The notes below the pieces were generated by a model. The model did not search any database, had not been told where the DNA came from, and worked only from the letters and a program-made list of their open reading frames with translations. The position numbers and the translations under genes are program-made. From a bacterium (lineage in GTDB: Bacteria; RBG-13-61-14; DATKZS01): a DNA stretch of 64,000 nucleotides. Below, piece by piece: positions 39,747-48,776 of the stretch (its first letter is position 1; every line of letters starts with the position of its first letter). The stretch is taken from contig CAXXFL010000007.1 of the NCBI GenBank assembly GCA_963674965.2, positions 320,001 to 384,000 on the forward strand, in the 5' to 3' direction.

Positions 39747-40904
39747 TCATCCCTTTTTAAGGTCCCTTAAGTATTTCCCGAGCCTCTCGAGTCCCCTCTC
39801 GATATTCTCCTCCGAGGTCGCGTAGGAAAAGCGAATGTAACCCTCGGCGTTGTCGCCAAAATCTATGCCCGGCGCCACCCCCACGTGGGTCTTGTCCAGG
39901 ATATCCATGCAGAACTTAAGCGAGTCGTCCGTATACTCGCGGGCGTTGGCCAGAACGTAAAAAGCGCCCGTGGGCTCGACCGTGACCCCCAGGCCCAGGT
40001 CCTTGATCCCCGCCAGCATGGTGAGCCGCCGACGGTTGTAAATCTCCCGCATCCTCTCCACGTCCGGCTCGGCCTCGCGGATGGCCGCGATCGCCGCCCA
40101 TTGCACGAAGTCGCCCGTCGAGATGAAGAAGTTCTGCTGCACCTTCTGGAGCGGGCGGACCATGGGCCGGGGAAGGATGCAGTAGCCTATCCGCCAGCCC
40201 GTCATGGCGTAGCGCTTGGAAAATCCGTTCAAGACTATGGCGTCGTCGGTATACTCGAGGATCGAGTGCTCCTCGCCCTCGTAAACCAGCCCGTGATATA
40301 TCTCGTCCGAGATCACCGTCTTGCCAAGCTCGGCCGCGGCGCGGGTCCTCTCCTCGGAGAGAAGGTTGCCCGTCGGGTTCGAGGGAGAGTTGATCAATAT
40401 GGCCCTGGTCTTGTCCGTGAGTTTTTCAGCGATCGTCTCGGGACGGTATTGAAAGCCGTCCTCCTCGAAGACCGGGACGCGAACCGGAGTGCCGCCAACG
40501 TACTCGATCATGTTCGGATAACAGGCGTAGGAGGGGTCAGAAAGGATCACCTCGTCGCCCCGCTCCAGTATCCCGGAGAAAACCAGGAACATGGCCGGCG
40601 ACGTGCCCGGCGTGACGATGATCTGGTCGGGATGGACATGGACCCCGTAACGCGACTCGTAATCCTCGCAAATGGCCTCGCGAAGCTCGATCACGCCCAG
40701 GCTGTGAGTATAATGGGTCCGGTGGCTGGACATGGCCCGGTGGGCAGCCTTCACTATGCACTCGGGCGTGTCGAAGTCGGGCTCGCCGACCGCGAGAACG
40801 ATCACGTCCTCCCCCGCCTTGACAAGCTCCTGGGCCCGGTCTATAACGTCAACCACTAAAAACGGCGGCATCGCCTCCGCCCGTCTGGACACTCTCGCGT
40901 CCAT
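39747..40904 (-). CDS. PLP-dependent aminotransferase class I/II
   Basis: GEPDFDTP, NSPSNPTG, SDEIY, NGFSKRYAMTGWRIG. Confidence 0.95.
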   Translation of the reverse strand: MDARVSRRAEAMPPFLVVDVIDRAQELVKAGEDVIVLAVGEPDFDTPECIVKAAHRAMSSHRTHYTHSLGVIELREAICEDYESRYGVHVHPDQIIVTPGTSPAMFLVFSGILERGDEVILSDPSYACYPNMIEYVGGTPVRVPVFEEDGFQYRPETIAEKLTDKTRAILINSPSNPTGNLLSEERTRAAAELGKTVISDEIYHGLVYEGEEHSILEYTDDAIVLNGFSKRYAMTGWRIGYCILPRPMVRPLQKVQQNFFISTGDFVQWAAIAAIREAEPDVERMREIYNRRRLTMLAGIKDLGLGVTVEPTGAFYVLANAREYTDDSLKFCMDILDKTHVGVAPGIDFGDNAEGYIRFSYATSEENIERGLERLGKYLRDLKKG

Positions 40905-40976
40905 GATTCACCTCCATGGAGCGCCCGCCGGCGCATGGCTTATTATCGGGGCATTTGGCGTCGGGGTCAAAGAAGG

Positions 40977-42470
40977 TCACTTTTTCTTCTCGAAACGATA
41001 TACGAAAAGCCAGTCGTATCTTCTTTTTCGAGCGACGATATAACCCGGACCGGGATATTTCTCCGGCTCCAAAAAGGGATCTCCCGCGCTGGGCCGATAC
41101 ACCAGCCAGTACCCGCCGGCCACCTCAATCTGGTCGAAGAAGCTCAGGTCGATCCTCTTGCCGACGATCGCCTCGAGAGGGACGCCAAGCGTGGCCAAGT
41201 CTTCTCGCGTCTCGTAATAGTCGTAAATATGATCGCGGCAATAATCCGGGTACACCAGCACCACGTCGCCGGCCGCGGCTGCCGACTCGAGATCGGACAC
41301 GGCCTCGCGCCAGGGCAGCTTCTCCGTATCCCTGAAATAGACGTAAACGTTCGGCAAGGAAAGAGCTATTATGGCCCCGGCCGCGAACCACCTGAGAGAC
41401 GGCCGGGACAGGCCGGCCACCCCTCCTCCCGCCAGGATGAAAAGGGGAAACGCCGCCGCGATGGCGTTCCTGGCCATGAATATGGGAGTAGTTAAAAGAG
41501 AGGCCGCGAAGGGTACCAGGACCGGCAAGATGAGCCAGAGGACCAGGAGGGAGACGTCTCCCGATAAAAGCCGGAGGAGGCAATGAACAAAAGAGTCCCC
41601 GGGAAGGACGCCGTCTTGTCCGCCGTCCCTTTCGCCATCTCCACGCTCTCTTCTCCAAACGGCCGCGGCGGTCAAGGCCAAAAGCGCGAGGAGGTATTTG
41701 CCTCCGGCGAATTTGATATAGGCGTCCAAGAGGGTTAGAGGGGACGGACGCCCGATCCAGAACCCCTTGGAAACGCGAGCCGCCTGCTCGATCTGCACGA
41801 GCGCCCAGGGCAGGAAAACCAGGGCCAGCGCGATCTGTAAGGTTATCCAGGTTTTAAGCGATGAGCGCGCCTTGTCCCTCCCGGCGATAAGCGCCAAGAA
41901 ATAATGGAGGTCCTGAAATAACACCGTGAATATGGAAAAGGGATGGGCGTACAAAAGAAGCGCCGTCGAGACAAGGTAGGCGCCGGCCGAGGCTCGCCCT
42001 CCCCCTTTGACCGTCCTTATGTAATAAAAGGTCGAGACCAGGCAAAGGAGCGCCATCAGGGAATAGCTCCTGGTTTCCTGCGCGAAATAGATCAGGAAAT
42101 AGGAAAAGGTCGCGAAGGCCGCGCCGAGCAGGCCGGCCGTTTTGCCCAGGGTTTCCTTGCCGACCAGGTAGATCATGGGAATGGAGAGCGTCCCGAAAAT
42201 GGCCGAGAGCGACCTGGCCGCCGCCTCCGATGCCCCGAAAAGCCCGATCCAGTAGTGAAGCAAAAGATAGTAAAGGGGAGGATGAACGTCGGCCGCCGAG
42301 GTCCGGATTATTTCCAGGGGCGAAAGCCCCGCCACGTCGAGGGAGAAGCCCTCGTCCAGCCAAAGGCTCTCGCCGCCGAGGTCGTGAAACCTTATCCCCG
42401 CCGCCATAAGAACGAGCGGCGCCAGAAGAAGGATATGCCCTGGAATTCTTTTCAACGATTCGATTCCCAT
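40977..42470 (-). CDS. GT-C membrane glycosyltransferase (GT39/ArnT-like)
   Basis: SLWLDE, DVHPPLYY, AQETRSY, many TM helices; start moved to ATG 42470. Confidence 0.88.
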   Translation of the reverse strand: MGIESLKRIPGHILLLAPLVLMAAGIRFHDLGGESLWLDEGFSLDVAGLSPLEIIRTSAADVHPPLYYLLLHYWIGLFGASEAAARSLSAIFGTLSIPMIYLVGKETLGKTAGLLGAAFATFSYFLIYFAQETRSYSLMALLCLVSTFYYIRTVKGGGRASAGAYLVSTALLLYAHPFSIFTVLFQDLHYFLALIAGRDKARSSLKTWITLQIALALVFLPWALVQIEQAARVSKGFWIGRPSPLTLLDAYIKFAGGKYLLALLALTAAAVWRRERGDGERDGGQDGVLPGDSFVHCLLRLLSGDVSLLVLWLILPVLVPFAASLLTTPIFMARNAIAAAFPLFILAGGGVAGLSRPSLRWFAAGAIIALSLPNVYVYFRDTEKLPWREAVSDLESAAAAGDVVLVYPDYCRDHIYDYYETREDLATLGVPLEAIVGKRIDLSFFDQIEVAGGYWLVYRPSAGDPFLEPEKYPGPGYIVARKRRYDWLFVYRFEKKK

Positions 42471-42557
42471 GCGCCCTTTCCGGACGGCCACCGCGAGGCC
42501 CGGAGGCCGCCGTTGAATAATCATGGCTCCTGTCCTAACATATTTCAACTTTTCATC

Positions 42558-43595
42558 ATGACCAAAAGGGAAGAAAGAGACGAGTACGACTGGATAGAAA
42601 CGGTCGTCAAGCTGGGCGAGTTTATCGGCCTTAACCCCGTTCGTACGCGCTGGAAGCTCCGGGCCTGGCAGGACCGGATGGCCAGGAAACGCGAGGGACT
42701 GGCGGAGGAGGCCCACCAGGTTACGCGCAGGCATAAGACCTGCTCCCGCTGCAACGCGATCAACGCGGTGGAGGACAAGCGCTGCCACAATTGCGGGGCC
42801 CGGCTTCACTCGAGGCCGGTGGACGTGTCGCTCCGTTTCCTTCGCCGTTTCGACGTGGGTCTCAGCGCCGAGACCTTCCTGGCCCTGGCCTTTATCGCCG
42901 TTTACGCGCTGGTGGCGATCAAGGGCCCAGGCTCGGGATGGATATCCCAATCGTCAAGAGACCTCATCGCCATGGGCGGCAATTACGGTCCCGCGGTATT
43001 CGACGGGCAATGGTATCGGCTCTGGACGTCGGTCCTGATGCACGGCGGCATATGGCACGTCGGGTTCAACGTCTACGCCCTGCTGTACATAGCTCCCCTC
43101 GTCCGTGAGGTCTATGGCTCCAATAAAACGGTCTTTTCCTTCGTGGTTACGGGCGTTCTCGCCTCGTGCGTTTCCCTGGCCTATAACTATTTCGACCCCT
43201 CCGCCGTGGTACCGATTCAGACGGAGGCGGGCGTCTTCCTTCATAAGTCCTATCCCGTCGGCATCGGGGCGTCGGGGGCCATCTGCGGACTGATAGGAAT
43301 GGCCGCGGCCTGGGGCCACAGGGACGGAACGTCGAGCGGGATCAACGTAAGGAACTCCCTCATCCGGTGGATATTTTACATACTGGTGTTCGGTTATTTC
43401 ATCGGGGCGGACAACGCCGCCCATATTGGCGGACTGGCGGCGGGGGCCGCCTTGTCTTTCGCCCTTCCCGCGAGTTGGAACGACAGGCAAAGCAATCTCG
43501 AGTTGGTCCTGGGCGCGGCCTCATGGCTGGCCGTTGCCGCCGGGGTGGCCATGGTTGCCTACCTGGCATTTACCGCCTTCCCCATTCCTCAATAA
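42558..43595 (+). CDS. Rhomboid intramembrane serine protease with N-terminal zinc ribbon
   Basis: CSRC...CHNC, WYRLWT, HGGIWH..FN, GASG, AHIGG; start moved to ATG 42558. Confidence 0.9.
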   Translation: MTKREERDEYDWIETVVKLGEFIGLNPVRTRWKLRAWQDRMARKREGLAEEAHQVTRRHKTCSRCNAINAVEDKRCHNCGARLHSRPVDVSLRFLRRFDVGLSAETFLALAFIAVYALVAIKGPGSGWISQSSRDLIAMGGNYGPAVFDGQWYRLWTSVLMHGGIWHVGFNVYALLYIAPLVREVYGSNKTVFSFVVTGVLASCVSLAYNYFDPSAVVPIQTEAGVFLHKSYPVGIGASGAICGLIGMAAAWGHRDGTSSGINVRNSLIRWIFYILVFGYFIGADNAAHIGGLAAGAALSFALPASWNDRQSNLELVLGAASWLAVAAGVAMVAYLAFTAFPIPQ

Positions 43596-43781
43596 TATTG
43601 CTATATGAGATATCCGCTCGCTCTTGTTATTTTTTTCCAAAGGCGTGGCCGCGTCCTTGCCCGTTTCTCCATATGTCCGAAACATAAGCAAATTTAGTCA
43701 TTAACGTCTGGCCCGGATCATTCAATTATCTTCCTGGCCCGGTTTGTGGGGGAACTTTGGCCGTGCTAGAATGCTCCAATT

Positions 43782-44471
43782 ATGAACATGAAAGAAGCAC
43801 TGGAAACCATCAATAATTTGTTCCCGCTCGCCGAAAAGGGCGGGATTGTCATGTGGCCCATCGCCATCCTCTCGATGTTCGCCCTGGCCATCATTCTGGA
43901 GCGGTTCTGGGTCCTGGTCCTGCGCGCCGACCGCATAATGTCCAAGGCCTTCATGCGCGAAATCGAGGCCATGCTGGACAAGGGAGAAATCGAGGAAACC
44001 GTGGTCGCCTGCCGCAAGCGCGACTCGATGATGTCCCGGGTCCTTCTCGCCGGCCTGGCCCTTCGCGGGGCCCCGCGCGGGATCATCCGGGAAGCCCTGG
44101 AGGACGAGGGACGAAAGGAAGCCCGGGAGTTGGAAAGATACCTGGGCGGCCTGGCCGCCATCGCCGGCGTCAGCCCTCTCCTGGGTCTTCTGGGCACGGT
44201 CTTCGGCATGATCGAGATATTCCAGAAAATCGAGAGCAACCCGGTGGGAAAGTTCGAGTCCCTGGCCGGGGGCATTTACGTGGCGCTTTACACCACCGCC
44301 GCCGGACTGGTCGTGGCGATTCCCACATATCTTGCCTACCGGGCCTTTTTAGGCATCGCCACCTACAGGACCAACGAGATGGAGGAGCAGGCCGTGAGCC
44401 TGTTGAACCATCTGGACCGTCCCGGAGGGGTATTCAACGGCGGCCCGGCGGAAGAACAAGATGAGGTTTAA
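43782..44471 (+). CDS. exbB: MotA/TolQ/ExbB proton channel
   Basis: SPLLGLLGTVFGMI, ALYTTAAGLVVAIP. Confidence 0.9.
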   Translation: MNMKEALETINNLFPLAEKGGIVMWPIAILSMFALAIILERFWVLVLRADRIMSKAFMREIEAMLDKGEIEETVVACRKRDSMMSRVLLAGLALRGAPRGIIREALEDEGRKEARELERYLGGLAAIAGVSPLLGLLGTVFGMIEIFQKIESNPVGKFESLAGGIYVALYTTAAGLVVAIPTYLAYRAFLGIATYRTNEMEEQAVSLLNHLDRPGGVFNGGPAEEQDEV

Positions 44472-45090
44472 AACCAGCCCCCCGCCCGACGACCCGAGGC
44501 CCAATATCACCTCGCTGGTGGACGTGCTTTTCCTGCTCATCATATTTTTCACCGTCACCACCACCTTCGTCACCTCGGGGGGGATCGACGTGAACCTGCC
44601 CCAGGCCTCGACCCAGCGCCAGATTGAAAAAGTCGAGAAGCTCTTCGTCGTGGTGAACAAGAAGGGCGTCGCCTTCGTGCAGGGACAGAAAAAGTCCGAC
44701 GCCGAGCTGGCCGACCAGTTCAGTTCGCTTAAGACCGGCAACTCCGAGGCCATCGTGGTCATACAGGCTGACCAGGCCACCCACCACGGACGCGTGGTGG
44801 AAATAATGGACATGGCCCAGGCGGCCGGGCTCTCGCGGCTGGCCATAGCCACCGAGGCCAAAAGGGAACCGGCGCCGATAAAGATGGACGAGCCGGACAA
44901 GTCCGCGCCCGACGATCAAGCGGCGAGCGAAGACGAAAAAGACGACAAGGCGGATGAATCAACCGATGAAGCCGGAGCGTCAACCGAGGCGGACGAGACT
45001 TCCATGTCCCCCGACCCCGAAGCCGACTCGAATAAAAACGATACCGAGTCAAACCCCGACGAAAAAGAGACAAGCAATCCTCACGAATAA
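44461..45090 (+). CDS. exbD: ExbD/TolR family protein with acidic tail
   Basis: NITSLVDVLFLLIIFF, VNLPQA, IQAD...HGRVVEIMD. Confidence 0.9.
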   Translation: MRFKTSPPPDDPRPNITSLVDVLFLLIIFFTVTTTFVTSGGIDVNLPQASTQRQIEKVEKLFVVVNKKGVAFVQGQKKSDAELADQFSSLKTGNSEAIVVIQADQATHHGRVVEIMDMAQAAGLSRLAIATEAKREPAPIKMDEPDKSAPDDQAASEDEKDDKADESTDEAGASTEADETSMSPDPEADSNKNDTESNPDEKETSNPHE

Positions 45091-45153
45091 ATGATATAAT
45101 GAAATGGTAGCGGCGGGACCACCGCCGCGCGGCAAGCTGAAGCGGAGGTCGAG

Positions 45154-45450
45154 ATGAAGCTGAAAGTGGTCGTTGGCTTGTTGGTCCTATTAATCCTCGG
45201 ATACACCGTCCTGGGCGAGCACGGTCTCGTGCGCCTCGTCAGGTCTCAAAAACAAAAAAACGCCCTGCTCGAGGACAAGCAAAGGCTCGAGAGCGAGAAC
45301 GCCGAGTTGAAAAAGGAGATAGACCGTCTCCAAAACGATCCCGACTACATCGAGAGGGTGGCCCGCGAGGAACTGGGCATGGTCAAAAAGGGCGAGTTGG
45401 TCATCCAGTTCGCCGATCCCGACGAGTCCGGGGCGCCCACGTCGCCATGA
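45154..45450 (+). CDS. ftsB: Septum formation initiator FtsB/DivIC
   Basis: TM helix, coiled coil, YIERVAREELGMVKKGE. Confidence 0.88.
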   Translation: MKLKVVVGLLVLLILGYTVLGEHGLVRLVRSQKQKNALLEDKQRLESENAELKKEIDRLQNDPDYIERVAREELGMVKKGELVIQFADPDESGAPTSP

Positions 45451-47543
45451 CCTCCGCCCCGGCAAGGTCCGGCGTCCTCGCGGCCGTGGCCCTGGCCGTC
45501 AGGGTATGTTGCCCATTGGCCTTCGGCGCTTTACTGGCCCTTGGCCGCTTTTCCGATATCGGCGCTTATGGCCCGCTTCAATGGGGCGGACTGGCGCTCA
45601 TGGCCGCTTTGTTCGGGTTCGAGCTTTTCCTTGCCTTTTCATTAAGGACCATCACCAGGGCGTCCGGATTCTCTCTCGCTCTGGTGACCACGCTGGCGGT
45701 AAAGGCCGCGGCCCTGGCCGGGTTGGCGGCCGAGACCGACCTTTTTCCCCTGGTTCTTCTCGCCTTCACCGCCGCCGCCGGCTACGCGGGGATTTTACGC
45801 GCCGCCGCTCTATTGGCGATTTACGCGGGACTCGAGACCGCCTCGGCTTTCCTCGGGTCCGGCTCGCCTCCGGACTGGACCGTCCTTGCCCTCCGCGCCG
45901 CGGCCATGGCCGGGTTCGGAATCATGGTCACCGGGCTGGTCCGTCTCGAGCGCATAAAAGGTAGCCTGGCCGAGGACAAGCTGGCGAAAATCCAAAAAGG
46001 CGCCACCGAGTTCCAGCGGGACGACACGGTCCATCGCCTTTCCGGCTTGTCGGACAAGGGCAGGCACAAGGAGTCCATCCGCCGCGTCATCGACCTGGAC
46101 CAGAAGTTCTACTCCGAGCTCGAGGAGGCCAGGGCCGCGCTCAAGGCCGACGCCTGCGTCCTTTACTGGCGCGCCGAGCCGGACGAGGACTTCCATTTCC
46201 GGGAGGCGTCCTCCCAGCGGGAGGAGCTTAGCGACGCGGCCATGCTCCCCAAAGACGGAGGGACCCTGGCCCGAGCGGCGCTGGATGGAAAGACCATCTC
46301 CTTTTCCGGCGCGAAAAACCTGAAGGGTAAAATCCCCTATCTTTCATCCGGGAATTCCGCCGAGCACTTTATCGCCGGGCCAGTTATTGACGAGGACTGG
46401 GTCCAGGGGGTACTGGCGGCCGACCGCTCCTCGGGAGGGCCCTTCACCAGGAACGACGAAAAAGTCCTGGCCGCCATCGCCCGGAACGTGAAGGAAATCC
46501 ACTCCCACGCCCTGCTCATCAAGCGCAGCGAGGTCGAGGCGGCGCAGTTTAAAAGCCTGGCCCAGCTTGGCGGCCGTCTCAGCCGCTCCCTCGACCTGGC
46601 CGAGATCATGGAGGCGGTTGAAAGGACCGCCGGGGCCATAACCAATCAGGACGCGCTGGTGGTGATCGAGGGGTCCCTGGAGGGGGAACCGCGCGTGATC
46701 CACGCCGCCGGCGAGGTCGGGGAGGGCCTGGCCGGGGGAACCATCGATCAGGACCTTTCCCTGGCGGGCGAGGTGATCAGAAAGTCGCGTTACAAGGTCG
46801 TCAAGGACCTCGAGGCTTTTTCGCCGGTAAGGCCGGTGCTGGGTCCGGGCATGGACCCTCCTGGAATGAGGTCAGCCCTTATCCATCCCCTGCCCTTCGC
46901 CTCCGGCAAGCCCGGGGCGCTGGCTCTTTTCTCGAAACGGCCCGACGCCTTCGGGGCCTACGTGGCGGGGGTGACCGGCGTTCTGGCCGACATGGCCTCG
47001 GTCAGCGTCCGCAACGCGGCCCTTTATCGCGAGATGGCCAAGAAGGCGGTGACCGACGGGCTGACGGGCCTTCACAACCACCGCTGGTTCCAGGAGAGGC
47101 TCGAGGAGGAAATCGAGCGTGCCGAGCGCCTGGGCTCTCGCCTGGCCGTGGTGATGGCGGACGTGGACCACTTCAAGAAGGTCAACGACGCCCACGGGCA
47201 CCCGGTGGGCGACGAGGTGCTCAAGGCCGTGTCGGGCCTCCTTAAAAGGACGGCGCGCAAAGTGGACGCGGCCGCGAGGTACGGCGGCGAGGAGTTCGTG
47301 GTCATCCTGGTGGGCACGGACGGCCAGGGCGCCCTCGAGTTCGCCGAGCGGGTGAGGAAAGGCGTTTCCAAGCTGGCCTTCGACACCGGCGAGACCAGGT
47401 TCAAGGTCACCCTCTCCCTCGGCGTCTCCGTCTACCCCGACGACGCCCAGGCCAAGGACCGCCTCATCGAACTGGCCGACCAGGCCCTCTACCAGGCCAA
47501 GGAGTCCGGAAGGAACAGGACCATAAGGACGGGTAAAGGCTGA
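45447..47543 (+). CDS. Membrane GAF-GAF-GGDEF diguanylate cyclase (DmxA-like)
   Basis: TM helices, two GAF-like regions, DVDHFKKVND, RKVD I-site, RYGGEEF; ATGA overlap with ftsB. Confidence 0.88.
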   Translation: MTSAPARSGVLAAVALAVRVCCPLAFGALLALGRFSDIGAYGPLQWGGLALMAALFGFELFLAFSLRTITRASGFSLALVTTLAVKAAALAGLAAETDLFPLVLLAFTAAAGYAGILRAAALLAIYAGLETASAFLGSGSPPDWTVLALRAAAMAGFGIMVTGLVRLERIKGSLAEDKLAKIQKGATEFQRDDTVHRLSGLSDKGRHKESIRRVIDLDQKFYSELEEARAALKADACVLYWRAEPDEDFHFREASSQREELSDAAMLPKDGGTLARAALDGKTISFSGAKNLKGKIPYLSSGNSAEHFIAGPVIDEDWVQGVLAADRSSGGPFTRNDEKVLAAIARNVKEIHSHALLIKRSEVEAAQFKSLAQLGGRLSRSLDLAEIMEAVERTAGAITNQDALVVIEGSLEGEPRVIHAAGEVGEGLAGGTIDQDLSLAGEVIRKSRYKVVKDLEAFSPVRPVLGPGMDPPGMRSALIHPLPFASGKPGALALFSKRPDAFGAYVAGVTGVLADMASVSVRNAALYREMAKKAVTDGLTGLHNHRWFQERLEEEIERAERLGSRLAVVMADVDHFKKVNDAHGHPVGDEVLKAVSGLLKRTARKVDAAARYGGEEFVVILVGTDGQGALEFAERVRKGVSKLAFDTGETRFKVTLSLGVSVYPDDAQAKDRLIELADQALYQAKESGRNRTIRTGKG

Positions 47544-47801
47544 AACGTCTCCGGATTAGCGGCTTAATAAAGCCCGGGGTTGGCCTTTGGATGGGAAGAA
47601 AATGGTGCAAGGAGTTCAAGCTAACGTCACTGCAAAGGCCAAACGCGAGACCCAGCTTCGCTGGACCAGGACTTTTTTTAAACCGGCCGGGCCACGCCCG
47701 CGCGCGAAACAAATAATACTTTACCCTGGCGCGCTCGTGAGCTACCCTAGTTGGAGGAAACTGGGACCGCGCCATGGAGCGCGTGAAAGGGGGCGAATGA
47801 G

Positions 47802-48317
47802 ATGAGTAACAAGAATCACCTGCGGGTTGTATATGACGACGACGCCTATCAGGCCGTTCGTCGCCGGGTTAAGAGGTGGGCCGAGGGAAAAGGCCGGGGC
47901 CATAAATATCTCGAGTACGTTCTATTGGCGCCGGACATGCTTCACCTTCTCGGCAAGCTGGTCATGGACAAGCGCGTTCCCTTCCGCTCGAAGGTTTCCC
48001 TGGGCATGGCGATCACCTATTTCGTCTCTCCCCTGGACCTTTTGCCCGAGGCCGTGTTCGGACCCATCGGATACCTGGACGATATAGTGGTGGCGGCCTG
48101 GGCCATTGACGACCTGATCTCGGCGACGGGCCCCGAGGTCGTTCGCGAGCACTGGGCGGGAGACGAGGACGTCCTTTTAACCATCGCCAAGATCAGCGCG
48201 GCCACGAACGAGATGCTGGGCACGGGCCTTGTGCGGCGTCTTCAGGAGGCCTTCCGGAGTCAGAGGACCTCGCTCGGCGGTCCGGGCGCGGCTCACAAGC
48301 TGCCGGCCGGGAAATAG
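47802..48317 (+). CDS. YkvA/DUF1232 family protein
   Basis: YFVSPLDLLPE...GYLDD. Confidence 0.85.
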   Translation: MSNKNHLRVVYDDDAYQAVRRRVKRWAEGKGRGHKYLEYVLLAPDMLHLLGKLVMDKRVPFRSKVSLGMAITYFVSPLDLLPEAVFGPIGYLDDIVVAAWAIDDLISATGPEVVREHWAGDEDVLLTIAKISAATNEMLGTGLVRRLQEAFRSQRTSLGGPGAAHKLPAGK

Positions 48318-48336
48318 CGGTCCAGGGCGGGCGGGG

Positions 48337-48672
48337 TCAGTCGGGGTCTTCCTCCATCTCGTCCTCGTCTTCCTCCTCCAGGTCGCGATAGGGCTGCATG
48401 GACTCGTACCTTTCGGCCCAGAACTCGATGAAGAACTCCATGAGCTTTAAGTAGGCCTCGACGACCTCCTCGCCTTCCAGGTCCTCGACGGAGTTAAAGG
48501 CCACCTGGTACATGGTCCCCGGGTCCACCTCCATAATGCCACGCCCCCCGAGCCGGTCGAGGAAAAAGTCGAAGTACTCCTCGTAGGCCTCGAGGTGCTC
48601 GGCCGTGAACCCCTGCCTCTCGAGGTGCTTGAAAAAGGCGGTCTTGATAAACCGGTTGTCGTCTTTCTCCAT
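48337..48672 (-). CDS. Small very acidic hypothetical protein
   Basis: 111 aa, about 34 Asp/Glu; codon style like neighbouring genes. Confidence 0.65.
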   Translation of the reverse strand: MEKDDNRFIKTAFFKHLERQGFTAEHLEAYEEYFDFFLDRLGGRGIMEVDPGTMYQVAFNSVEDLEGEEVVEAYLKLMEFFIEFWAERYESMQPYRDLEEEDEDEMEEDPD

Positions 48673-48727
48673 GGAAATTCCCGCTTCCTGAAGGGGCCGT
48701 TGGCCGCGCCGCCTCGGGCCCCCAACT

Positions 48728-48754
48728 AAAAAGGGGCGCCTTGACGCCCCCTTT
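48728..48754 (-). terminator. Intrinsic terminator after EF-G2
   Basis: GGGGCG/CGCCCC stem with T5 on the minus strand. Confidence 0.65.
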
Positions 48755-48776
48755 ATTATTTATCTCTCGGCGGTCC

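Noticed and set aside
41943-42950. Overlapping N-terminal extensions of the GT39 and rhomboid ORFs
   Set aside because: Likely starts at 42470 (-) and 42558 (+) remove the overlap.
47503-47520. SRP RNA-like TCCGGAAGGAA string
   Set aside because: It encodes the conserved KESGRNR end of the GGDEF domain; no SRP helix around it.
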